64,000 bases of DNA from positions 27,804-91,803 of the forward strand of contig UPZA01000009.1 of assembly GCA_900538575.1 (NCBI GenBank), written 5' to 3'. The notes beneath the pieces were generated by a model, which had not been told where the DNA came from, did no database searches, and saw only the letters and a list, made by a program, of their open reading frames with translations. The position numbers were made by a program, and so were the translations under genes. Source of the stretch: an uncultured Ruminococcus sp. GTDB taxonomy: Bacteria > Bacillota > Clostridia > Oscillospirales > Ruminococcaceae. Below are positions 29,576 through 38,115 of this stretch, piece after piece (within the stretch, counting starts at the first letter, position 1; the number at the start of each line of letters is the position of its first letter).

Positions 29576-30742
29576 ATGTTGTCTGTAAAAATTTTATATA
29601 TGTTATTACTGATAATATCAGTAATTTTTTATTTACTTTATACAGAAATGCTTTCATTATATATTCTGATATTTTTAGTTGCGCTGCCGTTATTATTAGG
29701 AGCAATAATTATTTATTCAAGATTTTTTATTAAGGGAAGTATTGAAGCAAAATCAAATACGGTTGTTAAAAAAGGAAAAATAGATATTTTACTTTCGATA
29801 AATAATAAAACCATTATTCCGTTTTCAAACAGTATAATAACTATAGAATACTTTAATAATCTGTTGAAGTCTTATGATACAATGATATTAACAGTCCCTA
29901 TTCATTCTTTATGTAATGAAAGAATAAATTTTTCTCTTACTTCTGATTATTGCGGAATTTTAAATATTAAAATTAAATCTATTCAGATATATGATTTTAT
30001 TAAACTTTTTTCCTGCCGTATCAAATCAGATGTTGTGAATAAAATTACTGTTTTACCTGAAATTTATAATCTAAACTCTCTTTATAAATTAAATATTATC
30101 AATACAAATGAAAGTAGTATTTTTTCAAAATATAAAAGGGGAGATGATCCATCAGAGATTTTTGATCTTAAGAATTATTTACCGGGAGATAAGCCAAACA
30201 GGATTCATTGGAATTTAAGCTTAAAACAAGATAATCTAATAGTCAGGCATTACAGTCAACCGGTTAATTCTTCAATTTTAGTAGCTTTGGACTTTAACGG
30301 AATCGCATCGGAAAAAAATATAAGAAGTCTTGATACAGTTTCGGAAGTGTTTGCATCAATATCATTTTTATTAATAGATAATGAAATACCGTTTAAGCTT
30401 ACATTTTATAATTCACATAAAAATAGTAATGAATTTGTTAGAGTTATTAACAAATCTGATGTTAGTGAAAATATAAGAAGTATATTTGAAAATGGACCTT
30501 CTGACGATTCTGTCCTTACCAAGGAAATATCAGAAAAAGCATACGACTTTTCTAAAATAGTTTATATATCGTCATCTGCTGAAAATATATCGGAATTATA
30601 TAACCAAAGCAATCAGAATATGACTTTAATATATATAAAGAACGAATTTTCAAATGATTTCGCAGAATTTGAAAATTCTGATCATATAATCATAATACCA
30701 GCGGGAAAGCTGGAAGAAAATATATCAAAATTAGTTATATAG
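29576..30742 (+). CDS. DUF58-domain protein (MoxR partner, vWA-like)
   Basis: N-terminal TM helices; conserved DUF58 segment LKNYLPGDKPNRIHWNLSLKQDNLIVRHY; gene order after moxR. Confidence 0.7.
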   Translation: MLSVKILYMLLLIISVIFYLLYTEMLSLYILIFLVALPLLLGAIIIYSRFFIKGSIEAKSNTVVKKGKIDILLSINNKTIIPFSNSIITIEYFNNLLKSYDTMILTVPIHSLCNERINFSLTSDYCGILNIKIKSIQIYDFIKLFSCRIKSDVVNKITVLPEIYNLNSLYKLNIINTNESSIFSKYKRGDDPSEIFDLKNYLPGDKPNRIHWNLSLKQDNLIVRHYSQPVNSSILVALDFNGIASEKNIRSLDTVSEVFASISFLLIDNEIPFKLTFYNSHKNSNEFVRVINKSDVSENIRSIFENGPSDDSVLTKEISEKAYDFSKIVYISSSAENISELYNQSNQNMTLIYIKNEFSNDFAEFENSDHIIIIPAGKLEENISKLVI

Positions 30743-30751
30743 GAAATTAAT

Positions 30752-33226
30752 ATGAGTGATAAAAAAATAAAACGAAATATTTACAGCGGAGTCAAAGTAA
30801 CTGACAGTATATCTTTTACAATACCCAAAAAAAGATTTTTACCTGATTTCCTACCCTTAATACTGATTGCCCTTTGCGGAGTTATCGGAATATTTTATTC
30901 GTTTATAACAATGTTTTATATTAAAATAAACAACGATATTATTGCAGTTTATATTACTTTATTTTTTGCACTGTTTTCTATAATATTTATATTGCCTAAG
31001 AAATTTATGTTTACTATTATACCTATTTTGATTATTTATGAAATACTATTATATAGAAATTGGAATAATTATATTAAGGGATTTATGTTGATATATAATC
31101 AGGTATATAATATTATCTGGCCTAAAAGAAGTGAATATTTTAATATAGAATTATCAGGAATTTCAAAAGAAAATACAATATCTATTTTCATGAGTTTTAC
31201 AATTTTTCTTATTATCATGCTAATATGCTATTTTACAATAGTAAAACCAAATTTTTTCTTTGGATTTCTTATTACGTTTCCATTTATTGAAATTGGTCTT
31301 TATTACGGCAAAACTCCTGCTCTTTTACCGGCCTTTATGGTAATAATATACTGGACTGTATTGCTTTCCGTTCATCAGTCAGGCTACTACAGGAATCTGG
31401 GAAGAAGTAAGACGGGTTTCATAAGAAAAGGTAACCACTTTATAGTTAAACCGATAATTAAATATAGAACTGCCGGACAATCCGGTATTATATTGATGAC
31501 AGGCTGTGCTTTAATTATTGGATTGATCTTTATTATTATTAATTTAACCGGATATTCTCGTTCTGATAGATTGAATATTGTAAGAGACAACCTGAAAACT
31601 GCTCTTAGTGAATTTACTTTTAATGATGTTAAAGGAAGTATCGAACGAATATCTGATTCTTTTGAATTAGGAAATATTAAAATATACAGCCATCGTCTTG
31701 GAAATCTGCATTCAATTTCATATAATAATACCACTGATCTTATTGTAACTTGCGACGAAGCTTTTAATCCTAATGGTAATATATACCTTAAAGGATATGT
31801 AGGATCTATATACGACGGAAAGAGCTGGAATGAGCTTAACAGTCAAATATATGATAACAGCAGCGGGCTTTTTGATAATTCAAATTTACATCCACAGGAT
31901 TTTTTATATAACAGTCTTAATGAAAATTCATCTTTAAATTATACTTTAAATATAGAAATTTGTTTTAGAAATGCAAAATATAATTATACTCCATATAATT
32001 CTGTTCCAAAAGGGGAGATTAAGTATATAAATGATACTGTCATTGAGCTTGAGAATAAGAAAAATTATAGCTTTAATATATCAGAGAAGCAAAATTTTAA
32101 CAGTCTTATGAAGCAGGAGCAATATGGTAATAATAGTGAATATGAAGAATTTGTTTATAGTAATTACCTTAAAGTACCTGATAATGATGAAATCAAGAAA
32201 CTTTATAATAATTTTATAAAGGATAACATATCTGATAACGTATATACCCAGCTTAGCTATATCCGTACATTGCTGTCAGATAATGCAGAATATACATTAG
32301 AGCCGGGCAAAACGCCGGCAGACCGTGATTTTGTAAATTATTTTCTAACAGAAAATCATAAAGGCTACTGCGTTCACTTTGCAACTTCCGGTATAATTCT
32401 TGCAAGAATGTCGGGAATCCCTGCACGATATGCCGAAGGATATGTTATGACAGAAGATGATTTAAAAGATGAAAACCTAACTCAAAACGGTTATAAAGTA
32501 GAAATAAAGGATAACAGGGCTCATGCATGGGCTGAAGTATATTTAAAGGAATATGGATGGGTACCGTTTGAATTTACTCCTCCAAGTGCTGCAGCTTTCA
32601 CAAATATTCAAACTTCGGAAACAAAGGAAACAACTTCAACACATCAAAATATAACAAAAAATTCAGAAAATATAAGCTTAAGCAGTAATACTAAAAATGC
32701 CGATGAAATCACTGATACAACTATTAAAACAAAAACAGAGAAATCTGTAAATTCTCATACGGATTTTTCCCATCCTTCAGATAATAATCAATATCCAATA
32801 GGATTAAAGCTTATTATTGCAGCAACATTTTCAGTTATTTTAATTATATCAATAATTGCAGCAATACATTTAATTATTTTAAAAAAACGTAGTAATAGTT
32901 TTAAAACTGATAATTATTCTGAAAACGCAATTAATGCATATGAATATATTTTAAAGTTAATTGATTTTTGCGGTATAAAAAATGATAATATGCAGCATTT
33001 AGAATTTGCTGAATATGTAGAAAAAGAATTAAAAGGGACTTTTAAAAGCAACGAATTTATTGGCGTTACAAAAATAGCTCTTGAAGCAAAATTAAGTAAT
33101 AAGATTATTAGTAGGGAAAAATCTGAAGCAATAATCAGACTGGCTTTAAAAATATCGGATATAATTTACAAAAGGCAAAATCTTATAGTCAGGATTTTTA
33201 TGAAATATTTTAAGAATCTTTGCTGA
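30752..33226 (+). CDS. Transglutaminase-like membrane protein
   Basis: Multi-TM N-terminus; TGase core HKGYCVHFATSGIILARMSGIPARYAEGYV ... RAHAWAEVY (Cys-His-Asp/Glu triad); C-terminal TM. Confidence 0.75.
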   Translation: MSDKKIKRNIYSGVKVTDSISFTIPKKRFLPDFLPLILIALCGVIGIFYSFITMFYIKINNDIIAVYITLFFALFSIIFILPKKFMFTIIPILIIYEILLYRNWNNYIKGFMLIYNQVYNIIWPKRSEYFNIELSGISKENTISIFMSFTIFLIIMLICYFTIVKPNFFFGFLITFPFIEIGLYYGKTPALLPAFMVIIYWTVLLSVHQSGYYRNLGRSKTGFIRKGNHFIVKPIIKYRTAGQSGIILMTGCALIIGLIFIIINLTGYSRSDRLNIVRDNLKTALSEFTFNDVKGSIERISDSFELGNIKIYSHRLGNLHSISYNNTTDLIVTCDEAFNPNGNIYLKGYVGSIYDGKSWNELNSQIYDNSSGLFDNSNLHPQDFLYNSLNENSSLNYTLNIEICFRNAKYNYTPYNSVPKGEIKYINDTVIELENKKNYSFNISEKQNFNSLMKQEQYGNNSEYEEFVYSNYLKVPDNDEIKKLYNNFIKDNISDNVYTQLSYIRTLLSDNAEYTLEPGKTPADRDFVNYFLTENHKGYCVHFATSGIILARMSGIPARYAEGYVMTEDDLKDENLTQNGYKVEIKDNRAHAWAEVYLKEYGWVPFEFTPPSAAAFTNIQTSETKETTSTHQNITKNSENISLSSNTKNADEITDTTIKTKTEKSVNSHTDFSHPSDNNQYPIGLKLIIAATFSVILIISIIAAIHLIILKKRSNSFKTDNYSENAINAYEYILKLIDFCGIKNDNMQHLEFAEYVEKELKGTFKSNEFIGVTKIALEAKLSNKIISREKSEAIIRLALKISDIIYKRQNLIVRIFMKYFKNLC

Positions 33227-33258
33227 AAAATGAGCGCTTTTATAAGCGCTCATTTTTG
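33227..33258. terminator. Bidirectional terminator (perfect palindrome)
   Basis: AAAATGAGCGCTT-ttat-AAGCGCTCATTTT, 13-bp perfect stem between the convergent stops at 33226 and 33264. Confidence 0.7.
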
Positions 33259-33263
33259 TAAAA

Positions 33264-34325
33264 TTATAATGATTTGATTTCAGATATAAATTCTTCAGTT
33301 TTTTTATTAAGCCTTTTGAAATCAATTGCTTTAATATAATTTTTTTCAAGCTCATCATGTATATCCAAAGCTGTGTTAAGCGCTTTCTGTGCTTCCTCAG
33401 CAAGCTCAACAGATCCTTTTTTGTTGAATGAAAGCCGCTGTTTTTTTGACGATATTATTTCTTTACTATAAAAACGACCGAAATTTATAGTAGCAGCCGT
33501 TTCGTTTTCTATTTTGTTAAAGAAGTTAGAAGTCATAAATGCCAATCCTGTTTCTTCTGAAATAATATGTTCATATGTGGGAATATGATGCATAGTACAT
33601 TCGCTGACTGTTATATTATAACCACAATTTACAAAATGATCAGCAATCGCTCTTAAAAAGAAATCACTGCCTGCAAACAAATCATCTTTAATCAAATAGA
33701 CGCTATAATCTCCGATTAAAGACTGTGTAGAATAATTATCAGTCGTAAATGCTGAAATCTGTTTATAGCTTATTTTTCCTTTTTCATCTTTTTTATTTTT
33801 TATCATGAGTTTTTTGCAAAATCTTGAAATATATGATATCAGCTTTTCTTTATTCAGTGCGTCTTCACCGATTGTATAAATATCTGAATTTAAAGATGCA
33901 AGCGCTTCAATGTAACAACGCACTCTTGCATGATATTTTTGATTTTCATCAAATAAATAGTGTATAGCATCAGAATGCTTTTTAAGCTTATTTCCATCCC
34001 AAAATTCTCCTAAATTTATGATTTCCTGTGAAGCTCCGGGATAAAGCGCCTCGAAAACATGCGGCGCCGTACCGTCAACTATAATTAATTTTTTATCTTC
34101 AATTACAACTGCATCGAGAGATCTGATATCCGATGAGCAATAGTATAAAGATATTGGATGTTCTTTAAATTCGTTTGCAATTTTTTTCATAAGCGTTGAT
34201 TTTCCGGTACCCGGACCGCCCTTTAATATGTAGGTATAAAATCCGGGAGCCTTTATTTGTTCTAAAAATTTTGACTGAAATCCTGACGGAGATGTTCCGC
34301 CTAAAAAGTATATTTGCTTTGTCAT
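33264..34325 (-). CDS. P-loop NTPase of unknown function
   Basis: Walker A GGPGTGKST near the N-terminus; 353 aa; no other recognisable domain. Confidence 0.5.
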   Translation of the reverse strand: MTKQIYFLGGTSPSGFQSKFLEQIKAPGFYTYILKGGPGTGKSTLMKKIANEFKEHPISLYYCSSDIRSLDAVVIEDKKLIIVDGTAPHVFEALYPGASQEIINLGEFWDGNKLKKHSDAIHYLFDENQKYHARVRCYIEALASLNSDIYTIGEDALNKEKLISYISRFCKKLMIKNKKDEKGKISYKQISAFTTDNYSTQSLIGDYSVYLIKDDLFAGSDFFLRAIADHFVNCGYNITVSECTMHHIPTYEHIISEETGLAFMTSNFFNKIENETAATINFGRFYSKEIISSKKQRLSFNKKGSVELAEEAQKALNTALDIHDELEKNYIKAIDFKRLNKKTEEFISEIKSL

Positions 34326-34390
34326 ATTGTTCCCTCCGTAGGTTTTGTTTACTTTATTATTTTATGATACAGATGGGAATTTGACACTAT

Positions 34391-34780
34391 TCAGTTAATT
34401 TTCATAATCGGAATCTGATCATTGCATATATTCATTCCACACTTTTTATAGAATTCGGCCTTTTCATTACTGCATATCAATATTCTTCTATAGTAATCTC
34501 GATATATTTCAAGCATTTCTGAGACAAGCGCTTTACCTATACCTTTATTTTGATAATCAGGACTTATAAGAAGATAAGGAAAAAAAACATTCATACCTCC
34601 ATCAGATATAGCGGTCATCAATCCTATAAGCTTTTCGTTTTCGCGGCATGACAATACAGTTTCACTTGTTAAAACAGAATATAAAAGCTTTTCAGGGTAT
34701 CCGGCAGATTCCCAGTTAACTGATAAGAATAGCTTAGTGATTTCATCTTGTGAAAAATTCTTTGATCGATTTATTTCCAT
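34391..34780 (-). CDS. GNAT family N-acetyltransferase
   Basis: QNKGIGKALVSEMLE acetyl-CoA binding motif; 129 aa. Confidence 0.7.
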   Translation of the reverse strand: MEINRSKNFSQDEITKLFLSVNWESAGYPEKLLYSVLTSETVLSCRENEKLIGLMTAISDGGMNVFFPYLLISPDYQNKGIGKALVSEMLEIYRDYYRRILICSNEKAEFYKKCGMNICNDQIPIMKIN

Positions 34781-34954
34781 TGTAATCTCCTGACAATGAG
34801 TTTTTATATAACACTTATATTATATCTTTTTTTTAGCTATATATTCTTATTATAAATTAAAATATCTTGACCTATGATGAAAAAAGTAGTAAAATATATA
34901 AAGATAATTAAAAAGTCCGTGAATAATGTCACGGCAGAAAGGCTGTTTATTATT

Positions 34955-35533
34955 ATGTCAAACAAATTTATAGTTGAAACATCTGCAAGGCATGTACATC
35001 TTACTCAAGAACATCTTGAAATCTTATTTGGTAAAAATGCGAAACTTACAAACAAAAAAGATCTTTCCCAACCCGGACAATTTGCTTGTGAAGAGAGAGT
35101 TACAATAGTTGGACCTAAAAAATCAATGCCCAATGTTTCAATTTTAGGTCCGGTACGTCCGGAAACGCAAGTAGAGCTTTCTGCTACCGATGCACGTTCA
35201 ATCGGTATATCTGCACCAATAAGGGAATCTGGCGATATAGAGGGATCAGGCGCCTGTAAAATAATAGGACCGGAAGGAGAAGTTGAAATCAGTCAAGGCG
35301 TTATAATAGCTAAGCGTCATATTCATCTTACGCCTGAAGACGCCCTTCAAATGAATGTTAAAGATAAGGATATTGTATGGGTTAAATTAGATACAAAAGA
35401 AAGAAAAGCAATATTAGGTGATGTTGTTGTAAGAGTTTCTCCTAAATATGCTGCAGCTATGCATATTGATACAGATGAATCAAATGCTGTTTCAGCTTAT
35501 AATGGTCTTGAAGGAGAAATAATAAATATTTAA
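34955..35533 (+). CDS. pduL: PduL/EutD-type phosphate acyltransferase (phosphotransacetylase-like)
   Basis: Two PduL repeats (ARHVHLTQEHLEILFG ... AKRHIHLTPEDA); start at MSNKF preferred (ATG 34955); the track start at 34874 is also possible. Confidence 0.7.
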   Translation: MSNKFIVETSARHVHLTQEHLEILFGKNAKLTNKKDLSQPGQFACEERVTIVGPKKSMPNVSILGPVRPETQVELSATDARSIGISAPIRESGDIEGSGACKIIGPEGEVEISQGVIIAKRHIHLTPEDALQMNVKDKDIVWVKLDTKERKAILGDVVVRVSPKYAAAMHIDTDESNAVSAYNGLEGEIINI

Positions 35534-35536
35534 AAA

Positions 35537-35568
35537 AAGCGGCTAAGAAAAATCTTAGCCGCTTTTAT
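35537..35568 (+). terminator. Terminator after pduL
   Basis: AGCGGCTAAGA-aaaa-TCTTAGCCGCT 11-bp stem followed by TTTTAT. Confidence 0.7.
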
Positions 35569-35632
35569 ATTATAGAAGTAAAAATTATAAAAAACTGTTA
35601 GTTTTTTTAATAAAAATTCAAGGGGGATTTAA

Positions 35633-35899
35633 ATGACACGAAAAGAAATGATATTACAAATGTTTTTAACTCAATATGAAACAATGACTGCCGACATTGA
35701 CGAGTTACAAAGGCGGTTAAGATATCGGAGAGTTACAACAATAGATTGTCTTGAACTTATCATAGCGATAGAACGTTATGAAATGCTTCACGAAATGGAG
35801 CGTTGGATATTCCAGATAATGAAGATAGACGAAAAAGGAGAATTTGAAAAGCTTTTTGAAAAGTTTGAAAACGAACAGAAAAACAAAGTTAAGTTTTAG
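35633..35899 (+). CDS. Small hypothetical protein (88 aa)
   Basis: ORF with RBS AAGGGGGA 6 nt upstream; helical and charged; no recognisable family (faint Spo0E-like TIDCLELIIAIERYE segment). Confidence 0.4.
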   Translation: MTRKEMILQMFLTQYETMTADIDELQRRLRYRRVTTIDCLELIIAIERYEMLHEMERWIFQIMKIDEKGEFEKLFEKFENEQKNKVKF

Positions 35900-35966
35900 C
35901 GTTTTAACCTCGCAATAAAAAATATTTTTTTCTGTTGAAAACTCAAGTTAAGGATATGTAAGAAAG

Positions 35967-35995
35967 TTGCATAAAAGCCGTAAACATGATATAAT
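35967..35995 (+). promoter_or_regulatory. Predicted promoter upstream of the recombinase gene (TTGCAT-17-TGaTATAAT)
   Basis: TTGCAT 35967-35972, TATAAT 35990-35995 preceded by TGA. Confidence 0.4.
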
Positions 35996-36037
35996 GGAGA
36001 TAAATTAAACAGAAAAGGGAGAGAATAAAAAAACACG

Positions 36038-36069
36038 TTATTGCGCTAAATATAAGTTTAGCGCAATAA
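36038..36069 (+). promoter_or_regulatory. Perfect 13-bp inverted repeat (6-nt spacer) in the 5' leader of the recombinase gene
   Basis: TTATTGCGCTAAA-tataag-TTTAGCGCAATAA, ending 14 nt before the ATG at 36084; no U-tract follows. Confidence 0.5.
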
Positions 36070-36083
36070 GTAGTGGTGAAATT

Positions 36084-37085
36084 ATGAATAAATCAAAATT
36101 AAATGATTATCCAGAATTTTTAAATGATTACTGGTTTAATTTAGTAGTCGCCAAAGGCAAATCTGAAAGAACTGTTGAGGGTTATCTGATAGATATACGA
36201 ACTTTTTTACGATATTTAATTTATATTGATTCAACTGATGATATTGAATTTAATATGATATCCATAAAAAAATTTGATGTAAATAATTTAGAACAAGTTA
36301 ATTTAAAAAAAATTTATGAATATATATACTTTTTACGAGATGACCGTAAAAATAATTCAAAAACTATATCAAGAAAAATATCATCATTAAAAAGTCTTTA
36401 TAAATATCTCACTAAAAATGTAATGTTAATTAATAATGATCCTACAGTTAATTTGGAACTACCTACAATAAAAAAATCCCTGCCAAAATATCTTACCCTT
36501 GAACAAAGCGAAAAACTTTTGGATTCAGCCTCAAATTCTGGTAAAGAATCATTGCGTGATTATTGTATAATAACACTGTTTTTAAATTGCGGAATGCGCT
36601 TAAGCGAACTTGTCGGACTTAACATTAACGATATAAATTTTAATGAAAGCAAAATGAAGTTATTAGGTAAAGGAAATAAAGAACGTTATATCTATTTTAA
36701 TAACGCCTGTAAAATTGCTTTAGCGGAATATCTAAATTCGCGTGAAAATTCAATAAACGATCCTGACGCAGTATTCTTAAGTAGGAAAAATAAGCGAATC
36801 AGTAAAAGGCGTGTTGAGCAAATAGTTAATGAATCAATCAAAAAAATAGGATTATCCGGTCAGGGATACTCTGTTCATAAACTCAGACATACTGCCGCAA
36901 CACTCATGTATCAACATGGAAATGTTGATACTTTAACACTCAAAGAAATACTTGGCCATAAAAGTATTGCCACAACAGAAATATACACTCATTTATCAAA
37001 TGAAATTCTGAAAAATGCCGCAGATAATTCACCATTAGCAAATATTCATCATAAAATTAAGGATAAAAATAACGAAAATGAATGA
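36084..37085 (+). CDS. Tyrosine site-specific recombinase (XerC/XerD family)
   Basis: Catalytic HKLRHTAAT (H-x-x-R) and LGHKSIATTEIYTHL (Tyr nucleophile); N-terminal SAM-like core-binding domain; AT-rich (about 23% GC). Confidence 0.8.
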   Translation: MNKSKLNDYPEFLNDYWFNLVVAKGKSERTVEGYLIDIRTFLRYLIYIDSTDDIEFNMISIKKFDVNNLEQVNLKKIYEYIYFLRDDRKNNSKTISRKISSLKSLYKYLTKNVMLINNDPTVNLELPTIKKSLPKYLTLEQSEKLLDSASNSGKESLRDYCIITLFLNCGMRLSELVGLNINDINFNESKMKLLGKGNKERYIYFNNACKIALAEYLNSRENSINDPDAVFLSRKNKRISKRRVEQIVNESIKKIGLSGQGYSVHKLRHTAATLMYQHGNVDTLTLKEILGHKSIATTEIYTHLSNEILKNAADNSPLANIHHKIKDKNNENE

Positions 37086-37090
37086 ATACA

Positions 37091-38005
37091 TCATATATTA
37101 TTTTTATTTAAATAATCTTCTGCTGAAACTGCGCAGCAGGCGCCGTCTGATACTGCCGTCACAATTTGTCTGAGTCTTTTTTTACGAACATCACCCGCTG
37201 CAAATAGTCCCGGTACAGATGTGATTCCGTTTTCATCTGCTATTATATATCCGTTATCATCTAATGTTACCTTATTTTTTAATAATGCAGTATTCGGCTT
37301 TATACCTATAGCTATAAATATGCCGTCTGTCAAAATATTTTTTTCAGTTTTATTCTGAATTAAGTTTATTGATTTTATTTTTTGATTTCCCATGATTTCT
37401 ATTATCTCAGAATTTAATAAAAATTCTACGTTAACAGCGGCTTTTAGTTTTTTCTGCAATGATTTATTGGCTCTGAATACACTTCTTCTATGAACAAGAT
37501 AAACCTTTTCTGCAATTTTAGAAAGAAGCAATGCATAACTAAAGGCAGTATCACCGCCTCCTACTACAGTTACAGTTTTTCCTTTATAAAATGCTCCGTC
37601 GCATGTAGCGCAATATGAAACTCCTTTTCCATAAAATTCATCTTCTCCTTTAACTCCAAGCTTTAAATGATTAGCTCCAGCCGCATATATTAAAGACCTG
37701 GATTTAAGATAATATCCATTTTTAAAATTTACAATATAAGAACCGTTACTGAAATTAATTTTAGTTGCTTCTCCTTCATAGAATTCTACACCTAATTTTA
37801 ATGCATGTTCTCGAAATTTCATACCAAGTTCATATCCATTTTCACCATATAATCCCAAATAATTTTCTATACGGTCGCTTTCAGAAATCTGACCTGTACC
37901 AAAATGAATTTTCTCAACGACTATTGTTTTAAGCTGATCACGCACTGCGTAAATAGAAGCCGAAAGTCCGGCGGGGCCGCTTCCTATAATTATAACATCA
38001 TACAT
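37091..38005 (-). CDS. trxB: Thioredoxin-disulfide reductase
   Basis: FAD motif IIIGSGPAG, redox-active CATCDG, NADPH motif VVGGGDTA; start set at MYDV with AAGGAA RBS (the track ORF extends 21 aa further). Confidence 0.85.
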   Translation of the reverse strand: MYDVIIIGSGPAGLSASIYAVRDQLKTIVVEKIHFGTGQISESDRIENYLGLYGENGYELGMKFREHALKLGVEFYEGEATKINFSNGSYIVNFKNGYYLKSRSLIYAAGANHLKLGVKGEDEFYGKGVSYCATCDGAFYKGKTVTVVGGGDTAFSYALLLSKIAEKVYLVHRRSVFRANKSLQKKLKAAVNVEFLLNSEIIEIMGNQKIKSINLIQNKTEKNILTDGIFIAIGIKPNTALLKNKVTLDDNGYIIADENGITSVPGLFAAGDVRKKRLRQIVTAVSDGACCAVSAEDYLNKNNI

Positions 38006-38069
38006 AATTGTCATTCCTTTTATAAATACTTTTATAATGTTATATGCAATATTATAACCACTATTCAAG

Positions 38070-38115
38070 AATACGTTTATAAAAAATACGGACGCTGTTA
38101 AACGTCCGTATTTTA
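38070..38115 (-). terminator. Terminator after pnp
   Basis: AATACGGACG-ctgttaaa-CGTCCGTATT 10-bp stem, U6 on the minus transcript, 4 nt after the pnp stop. Confidence 0.65.

Noticed and set aside
35900-37090. Integrated mobile element or prophage remnant around the tyrosine recombinase
   Set aside because: There are no flanking direct repeats, tRNA target, cargo genes or second recombination site. Housekeeping genes flank it on both sides. I keep it as an AT-rich Xer-like recombinase with a low-confidence foreign-origin note.
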